From Oscillospiraceae bacterium (GTDB lineage Bacteria > Bacillota > Clostridia > Oscillospirales > Oscillospiraceae): a stretch of DNA of 63,045 nt. The stretch covers positions 1 through 63,045 of the forward strand of contig JAFSRS010000008.1 of assembly GCA_017445985.1 (NCBI GenBank), in the 5' to 3' direction. The notes beneath the pieces are model-generated. The model searched no databases, was not told where the DNA came from, and saw only the letters and a list, made by a program, of their open reading frames with translations. The position numbers were made by a program, and so were the translations under genes. Position 1 is the first letter of the stretch. Every line of letters starts with the position of its first letter. Shown here piece by piece: positions 17,841 through 26,102 of the stretch.

Positions 17841-20231
17841 ATGAACGAACAGACAAAACTAATGCCCCTCCTGCCCCTGCGCGGGGTGACCGCCTTTCCG
17901 AACGTGCTGCTGGGCTTCGACGTCGAGCGGCCGATCTCGGTGGCTGCGCTGAACGCCGCGCTGGGGGAGAATCAGGAGATCGTGCTCGTCACCCAGTCGG
18001 ACATCGCGGCGAACCTGCCCCACGCGAACGAGCTGTACGCGATCGGGACGGTCTGCAACGTCCGGCAGCTTTTACGCGTTCCCGGCGGGGCGGTCAAGGT
18101 GATGGTGGAGGGCCAGTATCGCGCCCGGCTGCACAGCGTGAAGGAGGGCACGCCCTACTACAGCGCCGAGGTCGAGCGCATCCAGGAGCCGACGCCCCGC
18201 GTGAACGCCGCGAAGCGCGAGGCGATGATCCGCCACTGCGTTTCCATGTTCGAGGAATACTGCGAGCTGACGGAGATGGCGATCCCGGAGCGCGTCCTTC
18301 TGCTGGTGAACAGCGAGGACATGGGCTTCGTCGCGGACTTCGTCGCGCAATATACGCTCAGCAGCTTTGAGCGGAAGCAGCAGGTCCTGGAGACCGCCCA
18401 CCCGGCGAAGCGTCTGGAGCTGGTGACGCACCTGCTGGCGCAGGAGATCGAGATCCAGACCATGGAAAAGGAGCTGGACGAGAACACCCGGCACGAGCTG
18501 GACCGTGCCCAGAGGGACTATTACCTCCGCGAACAGCTCCGCTTGATCCGGCAGGAGCTGGGGGAGGGCGAGGACCAGCCCGAGGAGCTGGAGGAGTACC
18601 GGCGCAAGATCCACGCGCTGCGCCTTTCCCGCGAAAGCGAAGAGCGCTTGATGAAGGAAGTAGCCCGCCTCGCGAAGCAGCCCTTCGGCAGCAGCGAGGG
18701 CGCGGTCCTGCGCGGTTATCTGGACACGGTGCTGGAGCTGCCCTGGAACAAGCGCACCCGGGACGTGGTGGACGTGCTCAAGGCAAAAAAGATCCTCGAC
18801 GAGGACCATTACGGGCTGGAAAAGGTCAAGGACCGGATCATTGAATATCTGGCGGTCCGCCAGCTCGCGCCGGGCCTGAAGGGCGGCGTGCTCTGCCTGG
18901 TCGGGCCTCCGGGCGTCGGCAAGACGAGCATCGCCATGAGCGTCGCCCGCGCTACGGGCCGCAAGCTGGCCCGCATCTCCCTGGGCGGCGTCCACGACGA
19001 GGCGGAGATCCGCGGCCACCGAAAGACCTACGTGGGCGCGATGCCGGGCCGCATTCTGGACGGCCTGCGCCAGGCCGGGAGCATGAACCCGGTCATGGTG
19101 CTCGACGAGATCGACAAGCTGGGCAGCGACTTCCGCGGGGACCCCTCCGCCGCGCTGCTGGAAGCCCTGGACGGGGAGCAGAACTCCGCCTTCCGGGACC
19201 ACTTCCTGGAGATCCCCGTGGACCTCAGCGAGGTATTCTTCATCACCACCGCGAACACGTCGGACACGATCCCCCGCGCCCTGCTGGACCGCATGGAGGT
19301 GATCCAGCTCGGCAGCTACACCGACGAGGAAAAGCTGCACATCGCGCGGGACCACCTGCTGCCCAAGCAGCGGAAAAAGCACGGCCTGAAGGCGACGGCC
19401 CTGAAGCTGAGCGACGACGCGCTGCGGGAACTCATCGCGGACTACACCCGCGAGAGCGGCGTCCGCATTCTGGAACGGGAGCTGGCCTCCCTCTGCCGCA
19501 AGACCGCGCGCCAGATCGCGGAAGGGGAGCGCAAGAGCGTATCCCTGCGTGCGGGACAGCTCGCGCCGTATCTCGGCGCGCCGAAGTACCGCGACAGCCG
19601 CATGAGAGAGCGGGACGAGGTGGGCCTGGTCCATGGTCTCGCCTGGACCCAGGTGGGCGGCGAGGTACTGGACGTGGAGGTCAGCGTTCTCCCCGGCAGC
19701 GGCAAGCTGGAGCTGACCGGCAACCTCGGCGACGTGATGAAGGAGTCCGCCCGGGCCGCTGTGAGCTATATCCGCTCCCGCTGTGCCTCCCTGGGCGTGG
19801 ACCCGGAATTTTATAAGAATAGCGATATCCACGTCCATTTCCCCGAGGGCGCGGTCCCGAAGGACGGCCCCAGCGCGGGCATTACGATCACGGTGGCCGT
19901 GATCAGCGCCCTGACCGGGCTGCCGGTCCGCCGCGATATCGCGATGACCGGCGAGATCAGCCTCCGCGGGCGGGTCATGCCCATCGGCGGGCTGCGGGAA
20001 AAGACCATGGCCGCGCTGCGGCTCGGCATCCACACGGTCATCATCCCCGCCGACAACGAAAAGGATCTGGAGGAGATCGACCCGCTGGTGCGCCAGGCGC
20101 TGAACTTCATCACCACGGACCACGTGGACAAGATCCTGGACACCGTGCTGGTACGTGAGCTGCCGGAAGACGTGACTCCGGTGCTGCTCCCGGAAAAGAC
20201 GCGGGGCGTGCGCAGCCGCGTCTGCCAGTGA
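17841..20231 (+). CDS. lon: endopeptidase La (Lon protease)
   Basis: Walker A GPPGVGKTS, proteolytic PKDGPSAGIT Ser motif, LON N-terminal domain. Confidence 0.97.
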   Translation: MNEQTKLMPLLPLRGVTAFPNVLLGFDVERPISVAALNAALGENQEIVLVTQSDIAANLPHANELYAIGTVCNVRQLLRVPGGAVKVMVEGQYRARLHSVKEGTPYYSAEVERIQEPTPRVNAAKREAMIRHCVSMFEEYCELTEMAIPERVLLLVNSEDMGFVADFVAQYTLSSFERKQQVLETAHPAKRLELVTHLLAQEIEIQTMEKELDENTRHELDRAQRDYYLREQLRLIRQELGEGEDQPEELEEYRRKIHALRLSRESEERLMKEVARLAKQPFGSSEGAVLRGYLDTVLELPWNKRTRDVVDVLKAKKILDEDHYGLEKVKDRIIEYLAVRQLAPGLKGGVLCLVGPPGVGKTSIAMSVARATGRKLARISLGGVHDEAEIRGHRKTYVGAMPGRILDGLRQAGSMNPVMVLDEIDKLGSDFRGDPSAALLEALDGEQNSAFRDHFLEIPVDLSEVFFITTANTSDTIPRALLDRMEVIQLGSYTDEEKLHIARDHLLPKQRKKHGLKATALKLSDDALRELIADYTRESGVRILERELASLCRKTARQIAEGERKSVSLRAGQLAPYLGAPKYRDSRMRERDEVGLVHGLAWTQVGGEVLDVEVSVLPGSGKLELTGNLGDVMKESARAAVSYIRSRCASLGVDPEFYKNSDIHVHFPEGAVPKDGPSAGITITVAVISALTGLPVRRDIAMTGEISLRGRVMPIGGLREKTMAALRLGIHTVIIPADNEKDLEEIDPLVRQALNFITTDHVDKILDTVLVRELPEDVTPVLLPEKTRGVRSRVCQ

Positions 20232-20280
20232 TGAGTTGATAGTTGTTAGTTGTTAGTTGTTAGTGATCAGTGGTTAGTGG
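20232..20280 (+). repeat. seven tandem heptamers filling the lon-engB spacer
   Basis: TGAGTTG ATAGTTG TTAGTTG TTAGTTG TTAGTGA TCAGTGG TTAGTGG, then 1 nt and ATG 20282. No inverted partner nearby. Confidence 0.8.
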
Positions 20281-20281
20281 C

Positions 20282-20869
20282 ATGAATCTTAACAATGTGG
20301 AATTTGTGAAATCGGCGGCCAAACCCTCCGATTTCGTGCGGGACGAGCGGCCTGCCATCGTCTTTGCGGGCAAGAGCAACGTCGGGAAGAGCTCGGTCAT
20401 CAACCGCCTTCTGAATCGGAAGAACTTCGCCCGCGTCGGCGCGCAGCCGGGCAAGACCGTCCACGTCAATTATTTCCTGATCGACAAAAGCGCCTGGTTC
20501 GTGGACCTGCCCGGCTACGGCTACGCGAAGGTCAGCGAGAGCGAACGGGAGCGCTGGGCGAAGCTGATGGAGGACTTTTTCTCCGATCCGAACAGGATCT
20601 CCCTCGGCATCTTCCTGGTGGACGCCCGTCACAAGCCCACCGCCAACGACCTGACGATGGCGGAATGGTTTCAAAGCAGCGGCCGTCCCTACGTCGTCGT
20701 CGCGAACAAGGCGGACAAGCTGAAGGCGAGCGAGCGGGAGCCGAACCTCCGTTTCATCCGCGAAACGCTCCGGCTTCCTGAAAATATCCCCGTGATCCTG
20801 TTCTCGGCGGAAAAGGGAACGGGAAAGGACGAGCTGCTGAAGCAGATCGGCAGCGTGAGACCGCTATGA
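20282..20869 (+). CDS. engB: ribosome biogenesis GTP-binding protein YihA/YsxC
   Basis: G1 GKSNVGKSS, DLPGYGYA, NKADK. Confidence 0.93.
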   Translation: MNLNNVEFVKSAAKPSDFVRDERPAIVFAGKSNVGKSSVINRLLNRKNFARVGAQPGKTVHVNYFLIDKSAWFVDLPGYGYAKVSESERERWAKLMEDFFSDPNRISLGIFLVDARHKPTANDLTMAEWFQSSGRPYVVVANKADKLKASEREPNLRFIRETLRLPENIPVILFSAEKGTGKDELLKQIGSVRPL

Positions 20870-21555
20870 ATTCTCTGCAAACCTTTTGGAACGGTCTCGA
20901 CTGGTCCGTTTTGACGAACATGCTGCTGCGGGTGATCCCGGCGCTGCTGTGCATCACCCTTCACGAGCTCTGTCACGGGCTGACGGCCTGCTGGCTTGGG
21001 GACGACACCGCGAAGCGGGCGGGGCGGCTGAGCCTGAACCCGATCCGGCACTTCGACCCATTGGGGACCTTGATGATGATCACCTTCGGCTTCGGCTGGG
21101 CCAAGCCGGTACCGGTGAACATGTATAAATTTAAGAACCCCAAGGCGGGCATGGCGATCACCGCTGCGGCGGGCCCCCTGAGCAATCTGCTTCTGACGCT
21201 GCTGACGCTGTTTCTCTACGGCCTTTTCTACGTACCTGTGGCCCGCGCATATACCGGACTGGGCATTTTCCTGCTGAGGACGATCTACAGTACGGCGACG
21301 CTCTCCCTGGCTCTGGCGGTGTTCAACGTACTGCCGATCTCTCCGCTGGACGGGAGCAAGGTGGCCTTCGCCTTTCTCGGCGACAGCGCCTACGCCAAGC
21401 TGATGCGTTATGAGCGTTATGGAATCGTGCTCCTGATCGCGCTCTCCTTCACCGGGATCCTGGGCGGACCGCTGTCCGCCGTTATCGACTGGTGCATGGA
21501 CTGTCTGAAACCCGTTATCACGCTGGGCTATCAGCTCAGTGGGCGACTCTTTTAA
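20866..21555 (+). CDS. site-2 protease family (M50) membrane metalloprotease
   Basis: HELCHGL zinc motif in a TM helix, NPIRHFDPLGT, polytopic. ATGA overlap with engB. Confidence 0.85.
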   Translation: MNSLQTFWNGLDWSVLTNMLLRVIPALLCITLHELCHGLTACWLGDDTAKRAGRLSLNPIRHFDPLGTLMMITFGFGWAKPVPVNMYKFKNPKAGMAITAAAGPLSNLLLTLLTLFLYGLFYVPVARAYTGLGIFLLRTIYSTATLSLALAVFNVLPISPLDGSKVAFAFLGDSAYAKLMRYERYGIVLLIALSFTGILGGPLSAVIDWCMDCLKPVITLGYQLSGRLF

Positions 21556-21564
21556 CAGGACGAT

Positions 21565-22380
21565 TTGACAATGCAAGACGAACCGACCTTTCATCTGGAG
21601 GGCGTCCTTCGGAATCGGGAGGAGCTGGGCGATTTTGAAGGCCCGCTGAACCTGATCCTGATGCTCCTGAGCAAAAACAAAATCGAGATCCGCGACATCC
21701 AGATCTCCGAGATCCTGGAACAGTATCTGGAATATCTGGACCGGATGAAGGCGATGGACCTGGAGATCGCCAGCGAGTTCGTCCAGATGGCGGCGCATCT
21801 GCTCTACATCAAGACCCGGATGCTGTTGACCGGGGACGAGGAGGCCGCCGACGAGCTGGAGCTGCTGATGCGCTCCCTGGAGCAGCTCAAGGCCAGGGAC
21901 AGCTATCTCGCGATCAAGGAGACCCTCCCGGAGCTGAACCGCCGCGCGATCCAGGGCATGCAGGTCATAACCAAGCTGCCGGAGCCTCTGCCCGCGGAGC
22001 GGGAATACCGCTACCGGCACGAGACCTGGGAGCTGCTGAGCGCGCTGGCGACGGCGCTGCGCCGCGCGCCCGCCGCCGAGGAGGAGACGGAGGAGCAGCG
22101 GGCCCGGCAGCGCCGCAGCCTGCTCCCGAAGCGGATCGTCTACCCCGTGCGGGAGAAGAGCCGCGAGCTGCTGCTTCGTCTGAGCACGGAGGAGGCGGTC
22201 AGCCTGAGCCGTCTGTATCGCGAAAGCGAGAGCCGCAGTGAGATCGTCGCGACCTTCCTCTCGATCCTGGAGCTGTGCTCCCTCGGTCACACGCGGATGG
22301 TCCGGGACGAGGACGAGGAGATCGTCGTCCGCTTCTGCGGCGGAGACATGGAGGAGATCCTGGCCTCCATTCAGGAATAA
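21565..22380 (+). CDS. scpA: segregation and condensation protein A
   Basis: FEGPLNLILMLLSKNKIEIRDIQISEI kleisin N-terminal motif. Start is either TTG 21565 or ATG 21571. Confidence 0.9.
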   Translation: MTMQDEPTFHLEGVLRNREELGDFEGPLNLILMLLSKNKIEIRDIQISEILEQYLEYLDRMKAMDLEIASEFVQMAAHLLYIKTRMLLTGDEEAADELELLMRSLEQLKARDSYLAIKETLPELNRRAIQGMQVITKLPEPLPAEREYRYRHETWELLSALATALRRAPAAEEETEEQRARQRRSLLPKRIVYPVREKSRELLLRLSTEEAVSLSRLYRESESRSEIVATFLSILELCSLGHTRMVRDEDEEIVVRFCGGDMEEILASIQE

Positions 22381-22409
22381 TCTAGACAAAGGACAGGGAT
22401 ACTTGATCT

Positions 22410-23015
22410 ATGGAACAGTTGGACGTGACGGCGGCGATCGAGGCGATCTTGTTCGCCGCGGGGGAACCGGTCCCGGCTGCGCGGATCGCGCAGGTGCTGG
22501 GCGTGGACGAGCTGGCGGTCTGGCAGGCGGCGGAATCTCTGCGTCTGGACTATGAGAAACGGGGGAGCGGTATCCGCATGCTCCGCCTGGATCAAAAGCT
22601 GCAGCTCTGCTCCGCCCCGGCCTATTCCACGGTCATCACCCACGCGCTGGAGACCCGCCGCCCGCCGCGCCTGAGCCCCGCGGCGCTGGAGGCCCTGGCC
22701 GTCGTCGCCTACTTCCAGCCGGTGACCCGCGCCTACGTCGACGCGGTGCGCGGAGTGGACAGCTCCTATACCGTGGGCGTGCTGCTGGAACGCGGGCTGA
22801 TCGAGCCGGTGGGCAAGCTGGACGCCCCCGGGCGCCCGACGCTCTACGGCACCGGCGACGCCTTTCTCCGCACGATGGGTCTCACAAGTCTGGACGAGCT
22901 TCCCACGCTCCCCGACACCGGCACCGACGAGGGCATCATCGCCCTGCAGAACAAGATCGACGCGCTGAAGGCCGGAGAGCTGGAGGGGCAGATGGTAATC
23001 GCGGAAAAGAATTGA
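22410..23015 (+). CDS. scpB: segregation and condensation protein B
   Basis: IEAILFAAGEPV start motif, two winged-helix repeats, PGRPTLYGT. Confidence 0.93.
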   Translation: MEQLDVTAAIEAILFAAGEPVPAARIAQVLGVDELAVWQAAESLRLDYEKRGSGIRMLRLDQKLQLCSAPAYSTVITHALETRRPPRLSPAALEALAVVAYFQPVTRAYVDAVRGVDSSYTVGVLLERGLIEPVGKLDAPGRPTLYGTGDAFLRTMGLTSLDELPTLPDTGTDEGIIALQNKIDALKAGELEGQMVIAEKN

Positions 23016-23701
23016 TTCTTATCCCGGTTTTTTGCATTGGGGGTGGTGTTCTGGTCTGGATCATTATACTGGTTGTGCTTGCGCTGATTCTGCTTACGCC
23101 CCTGGGCGTGGACCTGTCGTATTTTGAGGGGGTCTTTGCCTTGAAGGTCAAGGTGGGGCTGCTGCGCCTGACGCTGCTGCCCCGGAAGAAGAAGGAGGGC
23201 AAGCCGGAGAAGCCGAAGAAGCCCAAAAAGCCAAAGCCCGAAAAGGAAGAGGCGGAGGCCGGGGAGAAAAAGCCCTCCCGTTTCCCAAAGCTCACCCTCT
23301 CGGACGCCGTCGAGCTGCTGGGACTGGTGTTCAAGATGCTCGGGCGCTTCCGGCGCTTCCTCAGCATTGACCGGCTCACGCTGCACCTGGTCACGGGCGC
23401 GCCGGATCCCTTCAACGCGGTCCTGCTCTACGGGACGCTGAACGCCGCGCTGGGGGCGCTGTCTCCCGGCTTCCACAGGGCCTTCCGCGTGAAAAACGAG
23501 GACGTTCTCCTCGGCAGCGATCCGACGCCGGGCGCCTCCCTCGCCGCGGAGGGGCAGCTTGCCTTCACCTGGCGGATCTGGGCGCTGCTGCACAGCTTCA
23601 ACTGCCTGCTCTTCGGCGCGCTGCGCTGGTATCTCAAAAAACGCCGCGAACAGAAACAAGCTATGAAAGAACAACCGCAACTGACGGAACAGAAAGGATA
23701 A
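23012..23701 (+). CDS. DUF2953/YtfI-like membrane protein (sporulation-associated)
   Basis: N-terminal TM helix and a Lys/Glu/Pro-rich low-complexity tract. Lies immediately upstream of a ytfJ homologue, as in Bacillus ytfI-ytfJ. TTG start overlaps the scpB stop. Confidence 0.55.
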   Translation: MILIPVFCIGGGVLVWIIILVVLALILLTPLGVDLSYFEGVFALKVKVGLLRLTLLPRKKKEGKPEKPKKPKKPKPEKEEAEAGEKKPSRFPKLTLSDAVELLGLVFKMLGRFRRFLSIDRLTLHLVTGAPDPFNAVLLYGTLNAALGALSPGFHRAFRVKNEDVLLGSDPTPGASLAAEGQLAFTWRIWALLHSFNCLLFGALRWYLKKRREQKQAMKEQPQLTEQKG

Positions 23702-23707
23702 GGAGCT

Positions 23708-24097
23708 ATGGAAAACACGAACATCGGCAACCTGATGGAGACGACGATGAACAAGATGAAGGAGATCGTCAACGTGGACACCGTGGTGGGGACCCCGATC
23801 CAGACCCCGGACGGCGTGATGATCATCCCCGTGTCCCGCGTCAGCTACGCCTTCGCCTCCGGCGGCAGCGACTTCCGCGTGAAGGACAACTCCAACTTGG
23901 GCTTCGGCGGCGGAAACGGCGCGGGCGTTAAGGTGGAGCCCATCGGCTTTCTGGTTGTGCGCGAGGGCAGCGTCCGCATGATGAACGTCACGCCGCCCGC
24001 CAACGCCACCGTGGACCGCCTGATCGAGAAGGCCCCGGAGCTGATCGACACCGTAGAGGACCTGATCCGGAAGTTTACGAAGAAGGACGGGGAATAA
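23708..24097 (+). CDS. ytfJ: GerW/YtfJ family sporulation protein
   Basis: VDTVVGTPIQTPDGVMIIPVSRVSYAFASGGSDF and GGGNGAGVKVEPIGFLVV are typical of YtfJ. Confidence 0.88.
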   Translation: MENTNIGNLMETTMNKMKEIVNVDTVVGTPIQTPDGVMIIPVSRVSYAFASGGSDFRVKDNSNLGFGGGNGAGVKVEPIGFLVVREGSVRMMNVTPPANATVDRLIEKAPELIDTVEDLIRKFTKKDGE

Positions 24098-24118
24098 TCT
24101 GCAAAAGAAGAGGGAAAC

Positions 24119-24225
24119 TAGTTAATAGTTAATAGTGAATAGGGAAGGTGTCGCTGCGCGACGTTATTATAATTGATCGCCGAAGGCGATCCCACAACTG
24201 TTCACTATTCACTATTCACTATTCA
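24119..24225. repeat. palindromic heptamer element (TGAATAG class), core modules in opposite order to the 10499 copy
   Basis: TAGTTAA TAGTTAA TAGTGAA TAGGGAA at 24119-24146. Core GTCGC-TGC-GCGAC / GTTATTATAATT / GATCGCC-GAA-GGCGATC. CTGTTCA CTATTCA CTATTCA CTATTCA at 24198-24225. Confidence 0.85.
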
Positions 24226-24245
24226 CTTTCTCTGGGGGTGTCTGG

Positions 24246-25364
24246 ATGCGAAAACGTACCGCGCTGCTGCTGCTCCTGGCGCTGCTGCTGCCCGCTCTGC
24301 CCGCCCGTGCCTTCCTCTCGACGGCGGGAGACCCGCCGCTGGTCAGCGCCCAGAGCGCCATCGTGTACGAGCCGCTGAGCGGAACGGTGCTGTTTGAGAA
24401 GGAACCCGACCTCCGGATGCTGATCGCCAGCACGACGAAGATCATGACGGCCATGATCGTCCTGGAGCACTGCGCGCTGAACGAGACCGTGACCGTCACG
24501 CCCGAGCACGCCTCGGTCGAGGGCTCGTCCATGTACCTGCGCGCCTATGAATATTACACCGTGGAGGACCTGCTCTACGGGCTGATGCTCGCCTCCGGCA
24601 ACGACGCGGCGGCGGCCCTCGCCGACCACTGCGCCGGGAGCATGGAGGCTTTCGCAGCGCTGATGAACGAGAAGGCCGAGGCCCTGGGCCTGCAAAATTC
24701 CCATTTCGCGAATTCCCACGGCCTCGACGCCGAGGGACACTATTCCTGTGCCCGGGACCTCGCGCTGATCACGGCGGCAGCCATGGAAAACCCGACCTTC
24801 TGCCGCTTTTTCGCGACAAAGACGCGCCACGTCCACGGCTACGATCTCCAGAACCACAATCAGCTTTTATGGTCTCTTGACGGCTGTGTCGGCGGAAAGA
24901 CCGGCTACACGAACGCGGCGGGGCGTATCCTCGTCTCCGCGACGGAGCGGGAGGGAATGCGGTTGATCGTCGTGACCCTCTGCGACCCCGACGACTGGAC
25001 GGATCACAGGACTCTGGTGGAGAAGTGCTTTGCGGAGTATCGCCTCGTCCGGCTGCCGGAGGACCGCTGGGACCGGATCGAGACGGCCTCCGGCACACGG
25101 GAATACGTGCGGCTGCGCTGTGAACGGCCCGCCGTGCTCGTTCCACGGGATTGTGAGCTGCGCCTCAGGGTGTACCTGCCGCGCTTCGTGTTCGCGCCGG
25201 TCCAGGCTGGGGAGGTCGCGGGCACCGTGGAGCTGTACTGCGACGGAGCGCTTTTCCAAACGGTCGAGGTCTGCTACGGTGAGACCGTCGGACGGGACAG
25301 CGCTGTGGGCCTGACCGCCTGGGAGCGGTTCCAAAGAAGCTGGCTGCGGCCCGGAAGTAGTTAG
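24246..25364 (+). CDS. D-alanyl-D-alanine carboxypeptidase (S11, DacB-like)
   Basis: Signal peptide. Intact SxxK (ASTTK), SxN (ASGND) and KTG (GGKTG) motifs. Confidence 0.92.
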   Translation: MRKRTALLLLLALLLPALPARAFLSTAGDPPLVSAQSAIVYEPLSGTVLFEKEPDLRMLIASTTKIMTAMIVLEHCALNETVTVTPEHASVEGSSMYLRAYEYYTVEDLLYGLMLASGNDAAAALADHCAGSMEAFAALMNEKAEALGLQNSHFANSHGLDAEGHYSCARDLALITAAAMENPTFCRFFATKTRHVHGYDLQNHNQLLWSLDGCVGGKTGYTNAAGRILVSATEREGMRLIVVTLCDPDDWTDHRTLVEKCFAEYRLVRLPEDRWDRIETASGTREYVRLRCERPAVLVPRDCELRLRVYLPRFVFAPVQAGEVAGTVELYCDGALFQTVEVCYGETVGRDSAVGLTAWERFQRSWLRPGSS

Positions 25365-25382
25365 GAGTTAGGAGCTGGAGCT
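25357..25382 (+). repeat. short GGAGTTA-class heptamer array spanning a stop codon and spacer
   Basis: GTAGTTA GGAGTTA GGAGCTG GAGCT, followed directly by the rluB ATG 25383. The carboxypeptidase stop TAG (25362-25364) lies inside it. Confidence 0.6.
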
Positions 25383-26102
25383 ATGCGGGAGCGGCTTCAA
25401 AAGATTATCAGCGCGGCGGGAATCTGTTCCCGCCGCGCTGCGGAGCGCTTGCTCACGGATGGCCGCGTGACGGTGAACGGCGCCGTTGCCTTGCTCGGAC
25501 AGAGCGCCGACCCCGAAACGGACGATATCCGCGTGGACGGAACACCGCTCTCCGTGACCGACCGCCACCATTACATATTGCTGAACAAGCCCCGGGGCTA
25601 TGTCACGACGCTCAGCGACGAAAAGGGGCGACGCACCGTGGCGGAGCTGGTCGCGGCCGTGCCCGCGCGGGTCTATCCGGTCGGGCGGCTGGACCTGAAC
25701 AGCGACGGCCTGCTGCTGCTGACCGACGACGGGGCGCTGGCCCAGCGGCTCATGCACCCCTCCCACGCGGTAGACAAGGTTTACCGCACCCTCGTCGAGG
25801 GTGACATCGACACCGCGCTGCCCGTCCTCCGCGGGCCGATGACGATTGACGGGTATCCGATCCGGCCCGCCACGGTCCGCCGCGTCGGGGAGCGGACGCT
25901 GGAGATCACGATCCACGAGGGCAGAAACCGCCAGGTGCGGAAGATGTGCGCCGCCGCCGGCTTGAAGGTCCTGCGCCTGACCCGCGTCGCGGAGGGTCCG
26001 ATCCGCCTGGGGACGCTGTCGCCGGGGAAGTGGCGGGAAATGACCGAAGAAGAGCGCCGCGCGCTGGGCGTGGAGCCGGAGAAAGAGAGGAAAGACGAAT
26101 GA
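25383..26102 (+). CDS. rluB: pseudouridine synthase (RsuA/RluB family)
   Basis: N-terminal S4 domain (RLQKIISAAGICSRR). Catalytic GRLDLNSDGLLLLTDDG motif. Confidence 0.93.
   Translation: MRERLQKIISAAGICSRRAAERLLTDGRVTVNGAVALLGQSADPETDDIRVDGTPLSVTDRHHYILLNKPRGYVTTLSDEKGRRTVAELVAAVPARVYPVGRLDLNSDGLLLLTDDGALAQRLMHPSHAVDKVYRTLVEGDIDTALPVLRGPMTIDGYPIRPATVRRVGERTLEITIHEGRNRQVRKMCAAAGLKVLRLTRVAEGPIRLGTLSPGKWREMTEEERRALGVEPEKERKDE

Noticed and set aside
18072-20123. 683-aa - strand ORF inside lon
   Set aside because: Antisense shadow ORF of a high-GC gene. Lon motifs on the + strand are complete. The antisense product is low-complexity and Arg/Ala/Gln-rich.
20232-20280. Heptamer arrays as CRISPR or a minisatellite encoding a peptide repeat
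   Set aside because: A period of 7 nt with no spacers is incompatible with CRISPR. Every frame is closed by stops, so the arrays cannot be translated.
20689-22389. 566-aa - strand ORF opposite the M50 protease and scpA
   Set aside because: Antisense shadow ORF. It crosses a gene boundary and has no domain signature.
25946-26098. First 51 codons of the 83-aa ORF 25946-26197
   Set aside because: They overlap the rluB 3' end in another frame and are Arg/Gly-rich. Only the part from ATG 26099, the lipoprotein signal peptide, looks real.
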